From Alphaproteobacteria bacterium (lineage in GTDB: Bacteria > Pseudomonadota > Alphaproteobacteria > UBA2966), in contig OZ219858.1 of NCBI GenBank assembly GCA_964291395.2, positions 736,001 to 800,000 of the forward strand: a DNA stretch of 64,000 nt, written 5' to 3'. Shown one piece after another: positions 19,581 through 29,026 of this stretch (position 1 is the stretch's first letter; each line of letters starts with the position of its first letter). Position numbers and translations under genes: made by a program. A model generated the notes under the pieces. That model did no database searches. It worked only from the letters and a program-made list of their open reading frames with translations, and was not told the DNA's origin.

Positions 19581-20561
19581 TCATGGAATCAAGACGCTGG
19601 AGCCGATGGTCTTGCGCGCTTCCAAGTCGGCGTGGGCGCGGGACGCTTCGTGCAGCGGATAGGTCTGATTGATTTCGATCTTGACCGCGCCGCTCTCGAT
19701 GACGTCGAACAAATCCCGCGCGGCGCCGAGAAGAGCTTCGCGCGTCTCGATGTATTGGTGCAAGCGCGCCCAGGTGAAGAACAGCGATTCGGGGGCGAAG
19801 ATCTTGCCGAGCTGTACCGGTTCGACATGACCGGACACGTTACCGAAACTGACAAGCATCCCGCGTGGCGCCAGCGCGCGGATGGATTCATTGAAAGTAG
19901 CCTGGCCGATGGAGTCGTAGACCACGGGGACGCCGCGACCATCGGTCAAGTCCCGGGCCAGTCCCGCGACGTCATCCTTGCCGTGAATGAGGACATGGTC
20001 CGCACCGTGGGCCAGCGCGGTCTCGGCCTTGGCCTCGCTGCCCACAGTGCCGATGGTCGTAACGCCCAAATGCTTGAGCCATTGACAGGCGATGAGCCCC
20101 ACACCGCCGGCGGCGGCGTGGAACACGACGACCTGACCGGGCTCCACGCGAAAGGTCTGGCGGATCAGGAACTGCACGGTGAGACCCTTGACCAGCGACG
20201 CCGCGGCGACCTTTTCATCGACGGAGTCGGGTAGCGGTACGAGCCGCTCCGCGGCGAGGACGCGTTCGTCGGAGTAAGCCTCGAGGGGCATGGCGGCATA
20301 GGCGATCCGGTCGCCGACCTTCACCTCGGTGACGCCGTCACCGATCTCTTCCACGAGTCCCGCCGCTTCGAGACCGAGACTACACGGGACCGGTGTCGGA
20401 AAATGATGGTCTCCCCGCCGCCGATGCACGTCCGTGAAGTTGAGCCCCACGGCGGCGTGGCGGATACGGGCTTCACCCGGACCGGGAGCGTCCAGATCCC
20501 GCTCCTCCCAGTTCAGAACTTCCGGGCCTCCAGTCTCATTAATCCGCATCCAGTGGCTCAT
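19581..20561 (-). CDS. qor: NADPH:quinone oxidoreductase (zeta-crystallin/Qor)
   Basis: GGPEVL, GLNF, HAAAGGVG, VVYDSIG, FGNVSG. Confidence 0.88.
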   Translation of the reverse strand: MSHWMRINETGGPEVLNWEERDLDAPGPGEARIRHAAVGLNFTDVHRRRGDHHFPTPVPCSLGLEAAGLVEEIGDGVTEVKVGDRIAYAAMPLEAYSDERVLAAERLVPLPDSVDEKVAAASLVKGLTVQFLIRQTFRVEPGQVVVFHAAAGGVGLIACQWLKHLGVTTIGTVGSEAKAETALAHGADHVLIHGKDDVAGLARDLTDGRGVPVVYDSIGQATFNESIRALAPRGMLVSFGNVSGHVEPVQLGKIFAPESLFFTWARLHQYIETREALLGAARDLFDVIESGAVKIEINQTYPLHEASRAHADLEARKTIGSSVLIP

Positions 20562-20594
20562 ACCTTCTCTCTCCCCAGGGAACCGGACGGTGAT

Positions 20595-21665
20595 CTAGGA
20601 TAGTCGCACATCGAACGGCTCTCCCACCTTCTCGCCCGCTTCACGCAGTTCGGCGATGATCTCGGGCGGAATGGGAATCCCGTTCGCCGTCCTCTCCCGC
20701 TCCGTGTCGGCCGCCCGCTGGCCGGGAAGACGGCCGTCCGCGCCCGTCGCCGTCAGATATTGAGAAACCCAGCCTTCGACGTGACGCTCGAAAGTTTCAC
20801 GGCCGACAATGCGCTCTGGGTTTGCCACGAAAAAGAAAGCTCCGACGTGCATGGTGGCACTGCCGATCGCGGGGGCCACACCGCGCATGGTCGGCGCGAA
20901 GGTTCCCGACAGGCTGGCGGCCAAGCATTCGATCATCATGGCAAGCCCGATGCCTTTCGGTCCGCCGACCGGCAGCATGGCACCCAGCAGGGCCTGCTCC
21001 GCGTCCGTGGTTGGTTCGCCGTCGGGGCCTATAGCCCACCCCTCGGGAATGTCCCGGCCGGCCCGGTGCGCCATCAGGACACGGCCACGAGACGTGACGC
21101 AGGTCGCCATGTCAAACAGCAAGGGATCCCGTCCCGGAAGCGGCGTGGCGAAGGATATCGGATTGTTGCCGATCGACCTTCCTTTTGAGCCGGGCAGTGA
21201 CATGACCGGCGACGTCGCCTGCATCAGGACCGACACCATGCCTGCCTCTGCCGCGCGCAACGGAAAGACCCCGACGGCGCCGAGGTGACCGCCATCTCGG
21301 ATGAAGCACGGTACGAAGGCGGTATCACGAGCCAAGTCGATGGCGCGGTCCATGGCCCTGGGGCCCACGACCTGGCCGAGGCCGTCGTTCCCGTCGATGA
21401 CGAGAATGTTGTCGCGGCTCTCGAAGGTGATGTTGGGCGCGGGGTTGATCTCGCCGGCGGCGAACTTCTGGACGTACGTCATGACACGGGTCACGCCGTG
21501 CGTTTCGTATCCGCGGGCGTTGCAGCGGGCCATGACTTCGGCGGCCAACCGCGAGTCGTCATCGGGCATCCCGCAGGCCGCGAATACGCGGGCCAGCCAA
21601 GACGTCAACGCCTGGCGCGGAGCGCGCCGCGGACCGGCCGTTGCGTCGTCGAAAACCGCGGACAT
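20595..21665 (-). CDS. Ldh_2 family dehydrogenase, possible (R)-sulfolactate dehydrogenase (ComC-like)
   Basis: THG, GNNPI, FDMAT, GGPKG, RLPG; 4 nt downstream of an SlcC-like gene. Confidence 0.85.
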   Translation of the reverse strand: MSAVFDDATAGPRRAPRQALTSWLARVFAACGMPDDDSRLAAEVMARCNARGYETHGVTRVMTYVQKFAAGEINPAPNITFESRDNILVIDGNDGLGQVVGPRAMDRAIDLARDTAFVPCFIRDGGHLGAVGVFPLRAAEAGMVSVLMQATSPVMSLPGSKGRSIGNNPISFATPLPGRDPLLFDMATCVTSRGRVLMAHRAGRDIPEGWAIGPDGEPTTDAEQALLGAMLPVGGPKGIGLAMMIECLAASLSGTFAPTMRGVAPAIGSATMHVGAFFFVANPERIVGRETFERHVEGWVSQYLTATGADGRLPGQRAADTERERTANGIPIPPEIIAELREAGEKVGEPFDVRLS

Positions 21666-21669
21666 CGAT

Positions 21670-22605
21670 CTAACCTCCCCGACCCAGGGCGTCGCGCACG
21701 GACTCGGCGATCATCAGGCTTGAGCGCAGCAGCGCCTCCTGCGTCAGCCCGGCACAATGGGGGGTCAGAGCCGCGTTGGGGACACCCTCGAACACGTTGC
21801 CTGCCGCCAAAGGTTCCTCCTCGAAGACATCGATGAATGCGTTGCCGATCTCGCCGTTCCTGAGTGCCACCGCCAAGGCCGCGTCGTCGACCACGCCACC
21901 CCGGGCCGTGTTGATGAGCATGGAGTCGGGTTTCATCTTCTTCAGCGCGTCGGCGTCGATGAGATGACGCGTGCCGTCGGTTCGGGGCACGCTCAGGCTG
22001 ACCACGTCGGCCTCGGTCAGCACGCCGTCGAGGGTCGCCGGGGCGACCCCGTACTCTGCCCACAGCGGGTCGTCGTCCTCGATGAACGGGTCGTATGCCA
22101 GTATCCGCATGCCGAACGCCTTCGCCCGTTTGGCAACCTCGCGACCGATGACGCCGAAACCCACCAGCCCAAGTGTCTGGCTCCTGGCTTCGCGACCTAT
22201 CACCTTCCTGCGCGGCCAGTTACCGGCGCGCACGTCCTCGGTTACGCCGTACATGGCCTGCCGAAGCATGACCAGCATGGCGCCCATGACGTACTCCGAG
22301 ACGGACTCCTCGAGCGTCCCGCGCGCCGGCTGGACCTTGACGCTTCGGATTTCGCAGGCACGCACGTCAATGTTGTCGAGCCCCACGCCCAGGCGGCCGA
22401 CGATGATCAGGTTCGGCGCCGAGTCGAGCAGCGGCGGCCGGACTTGGGTGCGATTCCGCACGATGAGACCCCGGCAATCCCCTAGCCGCGCGTAGAGTTC
22501 CTCGGTGCGATTAACCAGATCGGGGTCGTAGTAGACATCGAAGTCTGCAGACAGTCGATCGACTGCCTCTTCGTCGAGGAATTCACTGATGACGATGTCC
22601 GCCAT
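21670..22605 (-). CDS. D-2-hydroxyacid dehydrogenase, (S)-sulfolactate dehydrogenase SlcC-like
   Basis: IVISEFLDE N-terminus, IVRNRTQV, GRLGVGLDNID, WPR, INTARG, EEP, TPH, recalled as SlcC-type features. Confidence 0.82.
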   Translation of the reverse strand: MADIVISEFLDEEAVDRLSADFDVYYDPDLVNRTEELYARLGDCRGLIVRNRTQVRPPLLDSAPNLIIVGRLGVGLDNIDVRACEIRSVKVQPARGTLEESVSEYVMGAMLVMLRQAMYGVTEDVRAGNWPRRKVIGREARSQTLGLVGFGVIGREVAKRAKAFGMRILAYDPFIEDDDPLWAEYGVAPATLDGVLTEADVVSLSVPRTDGTRHLIDADALKKMKPDSMLINTARGGVVDDAALAVALRNGEIGNAFIDVFEEEPLAAGNVFEGVPNAALTPHCAGLTQEALLRSSLMIAESVRDALGRGG

Positions 22606-22757
22606 TTGGCCTCCAGTACCTGCGATCCTTGAAATTCGTGCCGTGCGCCCGGCCGGCGGGCATTCAGGAGACCGGAACCGATTCTCCCATGTTTCTCCAA
22701 ATCGGCCACACGCCCCTCATTGCCAGTAACTTACGCGAACCATGCGGCGTGTGCAAA

Positions 22758-22781
22758 AAAATTTACCAATTCAGTAATTTT
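22758..22781. promoter_or_regulatory. AT-rich imperfect palindrome, candidate operator upstream of the SlcC-like operon
   Basis: AAAATTTAC-CAATTCA-GTAATTTT in a GC-rich background. Confidence 0.4.
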
Positions 22782-22801
22782 GTGGTGATCCGGACGAGCG
22801 A

Positions 22802-22829
22802 CAAACGTGGGAACGGTACCTGTTCCCGC
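22802..22829 (-). terminator. Hairpin after the GST gene, possible terminator
   Basis: Minus strand GCGGGAAC-AGGTACC-GTTCCCAC then GTTTGT; weak U tract. Confidence 0.35.
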
Positions 22830-22839
22830 ACCGAGTCCC

Positions 22840-23535
22840 CTAGCCGGCCTCCAGAATGGGCGCCGAACGGGCGTAACCGCCGAACAGATCGAGAAGCCGT
22901 TCGCACCAATCCCGGATGGGGTCAGCCGGCTCGATCACGTCATATCGATTGACGAAGCGCGCGAACAGGAACGTGCCGAACACGATGTAGTCGGCGTAGG
23001 CGGGCGCCTCTCCGCCGAGGTAGGGTTGCGCGCGCAGCGTGGTCCGCAAGGGCTCCAGGCTCTGGCGCCACGGTCCGAGTTTCTCTTCCTTGCCCTGCCG
23101 GTACGCTTCGATCTTTCCGAACCGCTTCTCGCGGTCTTCCCGCCACCAGTCGCGGTCCGCCGGGTCCACGGCCATAAAGGCATCCCACAGGATTATGTTG
23201 ATCAACCCCGGGTTCTGAATCTGCTGGGTCCAGGCGTTGACGAACCGGGCTTCGGCGCGCGCCATGTCGCCGCCAAACAGGCTAGGACGATCCGGATAGG
23301 CGTCTTCCAGGTAACAGGCGATGTCCCACGAGTCGTTCACCCAGTGGTCACCGTCGACCAGGACCGGAATTCGTTCCTGGTTGCTGAAGGTGATGGGAGA
23401 GCGATCGCGGAAAGACACAGGAACCCGCTCGAAGTCGTCGAACCCTTTGTGTTTGAGGGCCAGCAGCGTACGCCAGCAAAAGGGGCTGAATCGCACGTCG
23501 CCGATCCCGTCAAGCTCATACACCGTAATCGTCAT
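22840..23535 (-). CDS. Glutathione S-transferase, LigE/beta-etherase-like
   Basis: YEL, FSPFCWR, HKG, IPVL, DSWDIA, YADY. Confidence 0.9.
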   Translation of the reverse strand: MTITVYELDGIGDVRFSPFCWRTLLALKHKGFDDFERVPVSFRDRSPITFSNQERIPVLVDGDHWVNDSWDIACYLEDAYPDRPSLFGGDMARAEARFVNAWTQQIQNPGLINIILWDAFMAVDPADRDWWREDREKRFGKIEAYRQGKEEKLGPWRQSLEPLRTTLRAQPYLGGEAPAYADYIVFGTFLFARFVNRYDVIEPADPIRDWCERLLDLFGGYARSAPILEAG

Positions 23536-23595
23536 CGGCTTCTCCCTGTCCCGCCATGGTCATGATCGTGGGTGTCAGTATAGCGGGGCTCTCTA

Positions 23596-24288
23596 TCACA
23601 CGTCGTAACCGGGCTCGTTACGGGCCAGGCCATCGAAGAGATCGAGCATGCGTTCACGCCAGTGATAGACAGGATCGTCACTCTCCAGTAACCGATACGG
23701 GCTGACGCATCTCGCCCACTGGAAATGGCTGAAGACGATGAAGTCGGCGTACGTCGGCGCGCGTCCGCACAGGAAGGGGTGCGTGCGAAGCGAAGCACGC
23801 AAGGGGTCGAGATGGGTCCGAAAGCGGGGCAGCACGCCGTCGCGCCGGGCGTTTATCTCCTCCAACGTACAACCTGCCCGCGCCTCCCGGGATTGGCGGA
23901 AGTAATCGCTGTCCCGCGGGTGTGCGTGCCGCCAGGCGTCGTACACCAGCATCGGGACGAGGTCGCGGGATTGCACCTGATCGCCCCATTCATGGACGAA
24001 ACGGGCATGGGCCCGTGCGACGGGACCATCGAACAGCGCCGGCGTGTTCGGATAGGTCCCGTCGAGATAACAGGCGATGGCCCATGAGTCTGGGAGGATG
24101 GTGCCGCCATCGACGAGAACCGGCATCAAGGTCTGACCAGAGAAAGCCAAACTTTCCTTGTCACTGATTGGAAGGGCGATACGCTCTGCGGCCAAGCCCT
24201 TATGAGCGAGCGCCATCACGATGCGCCACGAATAAGGGCGGTTGCTGAAGGGGCGACGGTGATCGCCCGCAGCTTCATAGAGTTTCAT
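23596..24288 (-). CDS. Glutathione S-transferase, LigE-like paralog
   Basis: PYSWR, HKG, MPVL, DSWAIA, YADF, WRERMLDLFDG. Confidence 0.88.
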   Translation of the reverse strand: MKLYEAAGDHRRPFSNRPYSWRIVMALAHKGLAAERIALPISDKESLAFSGQTLMPVLVDGGTILPDSWAIACYLDGTYPNTPALFDGPVARAHARFVHEWGDQVQSRDLVPMLVYDAWRHAHPRDSDYFRQSREARAGCTLEEINARRDGVLPRFRTHLDPLRASLRTHPFLCGRAPTYADFIVFSHFQWARCVSPYRLLESDDPVYHWRERMLDLFDGLARNEPGYDV

Positions 24289-24355
24289 GCTTGCACGATC
24301 GAGGTTCTCCGGAACCTACTGCAGTGCTCCGCTGCCGGCAAAAACGAGGCTCAAG

Positions 24356-24416
24356 AAAAAAGGGTCCGATCGCCGTGGGGAGAGGGACAGCCCGATATAG
24401 AGCGGCGATCGGACCC
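24356..24416 (-). terminator. Strong stem-loop plus U6, possibly the 3' end of an sRNA
   Basis: Perfect 14-bp stem (24362-24375/24403-24416), 27-nt loop, T6 on minus strand; no minus-strand CDS ends here. Confidence 0.6.
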
Positions 24417-24615
24417 CAGGGAGGCCCAATGACTGAAAACTTAAGAAAACAATGCGACTGGAACTCGACGGAATAGGGGCGAAATTGGGGCACATAGAAT
24501 CGTCCCGGCATCGCAAGAGACGGCGTCTTCAAGCCACGATCTCCGAGGGGCGGCCCGGGTTTGACGGAGTGCCGCCTTTCTTACACCCTTAGCCGCCCTC
24601 GACGGGAAGAGCGCC

Positions 24616-24762
24616 ATGTCCCGCAAAACCCTTGGACTCGAGCAGCGGCTCCGGAAGTATGTCGTGCGCCGCGGCGCAGGCGGGCCTAAGGTGCCGGTGA
24701 AGGCACGGGAAAAAATCATCAAACTCCTCCTCGACCCGGCACGCGCGCAAGGGATCGCCTGA
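24616..24762 (+). pseudogene. 48-aa ORF resembling the N-terminus of a caffeoyl-CoA-type O-methyltransferase
   Basis: GGGAAGA RBS; MSRKTLGLEQRLRKYVV...P.V....RE matches the pattern of the family N-terminus, then stops. Confidence 0.4.
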
Positions 24763-24782
24763 GCGATCCGTACACTCTTGCA

Positions 24783-25733
24783 ATGAGCGTCTTTCTCGCC
24801 AAACGGTTCGCCATCTTCGTCGCCACGTTGTTCGGCGCGTCGGTCGTCATCTTCCTGGCACTTGAGATCCTTCCAGGAGACCCTGCCTACGCTATTCTCG
24901 GCGCCGATGCGGAACCCTCGGCCTATGAAGCGTTGCGCCGGGAGTTGGGTCTGGATCGGCCCGCCGTCGACCGCTACTTCAGTTGGGTCGGCGGAATGCT
25001 GACGGGTGACTTCGGCGTGAGCTACACCTACTCCGTGCCCGTTTCCGAACTCGTGGTCGAGCGCCTTGCCCTGACCGTTCCCCTCGCCGTGATCGCCATG
25101 GCGTTGACCGTCGTCGTGGCCGTCGGCCTTGGACTCTACGCGGCCGCCCATCACAACAAGATCGGTGATTGGGGGGTGATGGTGTTCAGCCAGTTCGGTA
25201 TCGCCCTGCCGAACTTCTGGTTCGGCATTCTTCTGATCCTGTTCTTCTCGGTCTATCTGGGCTGGTTTCCGTCGGGCGGATTTCCGGGTTGGGGCGCCGG
25301 GACGTGGCCGGCGCTGAAGTCTCTGCTTCTGCCGGCGGTCGCCCTGGCGACGGTCCAGGCGGCCATCCTGGCGCGGGTCACGCGATCGAGCGTGCTGGAG
25401 ACGATTCGCGAGGACTATGTCCGGACCGCCCGCGCCAAGGGACTGACGCGAACAGCGACTTTGTGGCGCCATGTACTTCGGAATGCGCTCATACCCGTGG
25501 TGACCATCATGGGCCTTCAATTCGCCAACCTGCTCGCGGGCACGATCGTCATCGAGAACGTCTTTTTCCTTCCGGGGTTGGGCCGGCTGGTGTTCCAGGC
25601 TATCGCCAATCGGGATCTGGTCGTCGTCAAGGACGTCGTCCTGTTGCTCGCGGCCATGGTCGTGATCGTCAATTTCGTCGTGGATCTCGCCTACGCGGTG
25701 ATCGACCCGCGGCTCGGAGCGCGCGACGCATGA
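24783..25733 (+). CDS. Peptide/nickel ABC transporter permease (DppB-like)
   Basis: PGDPA, ELGLD, EDYVRTARAKG, HVLRNA. Confidence 0.93.
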   Translation: MSVFLAKRFAIFVATLFGASVVIFLALEILPGDPAYAILGADAEPSAYEALRRELGLDRPAVDRYFSWVGGMLTGDFGVSYTYSVPVSELVVERLALTVPLAVIAMALTVVVAVGLGLYAAAHHNKIGDWGVMVFSQFGIALPNFWFGILLILFFSVYLGWFPSGGFPGWGAGTWPALKSLLLPAVALATVQAAILARVTRSSVLETIREDYVRTARAKGLTRTATLWRHVLRNALIPVVTIMGLQFANLLAGTIVIENVFFLPGLGRLVFQAIANRDLVVVKDVVLLLAAMVVIVNFVVDLAYAVIDPRLGARDA

Positions 25734-26602
25734 ACGTCTCCCGACGACCGGGGCTCCTTACCCTTGCGCTGCGTCATAGGAGTTTCCTGCTGGGCAGTGT
25801 TCTCGGCGGCCTCGTCGTGCTGCTTGCGTTGATCTCCCTGGTGTGGACGCCGCACTCGGCTTACGAGCTGGATATCGCCAACAAGCTGAAACCGCCGTCG
25901 CCGGCACACTGGTTGGGCACGGATCACTTTGGCCGGGACGTCACCTCGATGATCATGGTGGGTGCGCAAAACTCCCTGGTCGTAGGCGTCGTCGCGGTGG
26001 GCATCGGGATGGCGGTCGGAGTCTTGCTCGGTCTGTGGGCGTCGGCACAGCGGGGTTGGACCGAAGAACTGGTCATGCGGTTCTCCGATTTTACATTCGC
26101 CTTCCCGGCAATTCTGTCCGCGATCATGATCACCGCGATCCTGGGGCCGGGTGCCGTGAACTCGATTCTCGCCATCGGTATCTTCAACATCCCGGTGTTC
26201 GCGCGCATCACGCGGGGTTCCGCCAACGCCATCTGGGCACGGGAGTTCGTTCTGGCGGCCCGCGCGGCAGGCAAGGGCCGTGCCCGAATTACCCTGGAGC
26301 ATGTGCTGCCCAACATTCTCAGTGCGATCATCGTGCAGGCGACGATCTTCTTCGCCATCGCGATCCTCGCCGAGGCGGCCCTCTCCTACCTTGGACTGGG
26401 AACTCAGCCGCCGCAGCCTAGCTGGGGGCGTATGCTGAACGAGGCTCAGACCTTCCTCTATCTCTCTCCGCACCTCGCCTTGTTTCCCGGTCTGGTCATC
26501 GTGATTTCGGTATTGGGGTTCAACATGTTGGGCGACGGGCTGCGCGACCTCCTGGACCCGCGTCTGTCCCGGACGCGGTTGGCGGGATACTCGTCGCGAT
26601 GA
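25730..26602 (+). CDS. Peptide/nickel ABC transporter permease (DppC-like)
   Basis: HWLGTDHFGRD, HVLPN, LSYLGLG, SWG; ATGA overlap. Confidence 0.93.
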   Translation: MNVSRRPGLLTLALRHRSFLLGSVLGGLVVLLALISLVWTPHSAYELDIANKLKPPSPAHWLGTDHFGRDVTSMIMVGAQNSLVVGVVAVGIGMAVGVLLGLWASAQRGWTEELVMRFSDFTFAFPAILSAIMITAILGPGAVNSILAIGIFNIPVFARITRGSANAIWAREFVLAARAAGKGRARITLEHVLPNILSAIIVQATIFFAIAILAEAALSYLGLGTQPPQPSWGRMLNEAQTFLYLSPHLALFPGLVIVISVLGFNMLGDGLRDLLDPRLSRTRLAGYSSR

Positions 26603-27587
26603 GCGTGCTCGAAGTCGATCGTCTTACCGTCGCGCTTCCCTTGGTAGCGGGCTTGGCGCGCGCGGTCCGCGATGTGAGTTTCAGGCTCGAACGCGGCGAA
26701 ACCCTCGGCATCGTCGGAGAGTCAGGATGCGGCAAATCGATGATGGCTCTCGCGTTGATGGGATTGCTGCCGGAGGGAGCCGATCTGCGAGGCGGCATCA
26801 CCCTGAATGGCTGCGATCTTCGAGCCCTCGACGAGAAAGCGATGTGCCGCGTTCGCGGCAACGCCATCGCCATGGTGTTTCAAGAGCCCATGACATCGCT
26901 CAATCCGGTGCACACCATCGGAAAACAAGTCATCGAACCTCTGATGCTGCACTTTGGCCTGGATCGTGACGAAGCCAACGCCGAGGCGCTGTCATTGCTG
27001 GAGCGCGTCGGCCTGGTCGACCCACGGCGATTCTACCGGGCCTATCCGCATCAGCTATCGGGTGGCCAACGCCAGCGCGCGATGATCGCGATGGCCTTGT
27101 CCTGCCATCCTGAGGTGCTGATCGCGGACGAACCGACGACCGCGCTCGACGTGACGATTCAGGGCCAGATTCTCGATTTGATCCGCGACGTCGTCAGCGA
27201 ACGTCAGATGTCACTCATTCTGATTTCCCACGATCTCGGCGTCATCGCCGAGACCGTCGATCGAGTCTTCGTGATGTACGGTGGCGCGGTGGTCGAACAG
27301 GGACCGACGCCGGACGTCTTCGCCAAGCTCGCCCACCCCTATACGCAGGGTCTTTTCGCCGCCGTGCCGCAGGTCGGCGAGGGTCGTCTACGGCTGCGCA
27401 CGATTCCCGGGACGGTGCCCGAGCTCGCCGACCTGCCCGGCGGCTGCACATTCGCCGACCGGTGCTCCCTGGCACATGAGACGTGCCGCTCGCAGGTCCC
27501 CGACATGCGTTCGGTCGGTGAAAATCACTCTGCGGCCTGCCTGCGGCTCGATGCCGCGACGGCATCGTCGTCCTTCGGGTCGCGCCG

Positions 27588-27591
<4 letters not shown>
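26599..27591 (+). CDS. Peptide ABC transporter ATPase (DppD-like)
   Basis: [18 protein letters not shown], Cys-rich C-terminus. Confidence 0.94.
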
Positions 27592-28565
<974 letters not shown>

Positions 28566-28653
28566 TATGAAGCTGCTCTTCCTCCTTGTTCCGTCAACGC
28601 CGGGCGTGGCATGCTTTGTGATGGTATGATGACAACTCGGAGGGGCTGTTCAC

Positions 28654-29022
28654 ATGAGCGAGGTCGTTGCCTTCGAAGGGCACAAGCCCGTTCGGCCGAC
28701 GACGAGCGGCCGGGCGGGCAGAGCACCACTCGTCATTTTCAATCGCCACGAGCTCGACGCCATATTGCAGATGTACAGCCGCATGGTGAGAGCGGGAGAG
28801 TGGCGAGACTATTCCATCGAATTCGAACCCGACCGCGCCACCTTCTCGATCTTCCGTCGCACCTCGGAAGGCGCGCTCTACCGCATCGTCAAGACTCGCA
28901 AGGCGTCCCAGCGTCAGGGATCATTTTCGGTGATCTCGGCTGGGGGCCGGATTCTGCGACGCGGCCACGAACTCGGTCCCGTCCTTTCCGCGCTGAACGC
29001 CAAGCGGCTGAAGCTCGTATGA
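28654..29022 (+). CDS. DUF2794 family protein
   Basis: FNRHEL, MVRAGEWRDY, FSIFRR, ILRRGHEL. Confidence 0.88.
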   Translation: MSEVVAFEGHKPVRPTTSGRAGRAPLVIFNRHELDAILQMYSRMVRAGEWRDYSIEFEPDRATFSIFRRTSEGALYRIVKTRKASQRQGSFSVISAGGRILRRGHELGPVLSALNAKRLKLV

Positions 29023-29026
29023 GATT

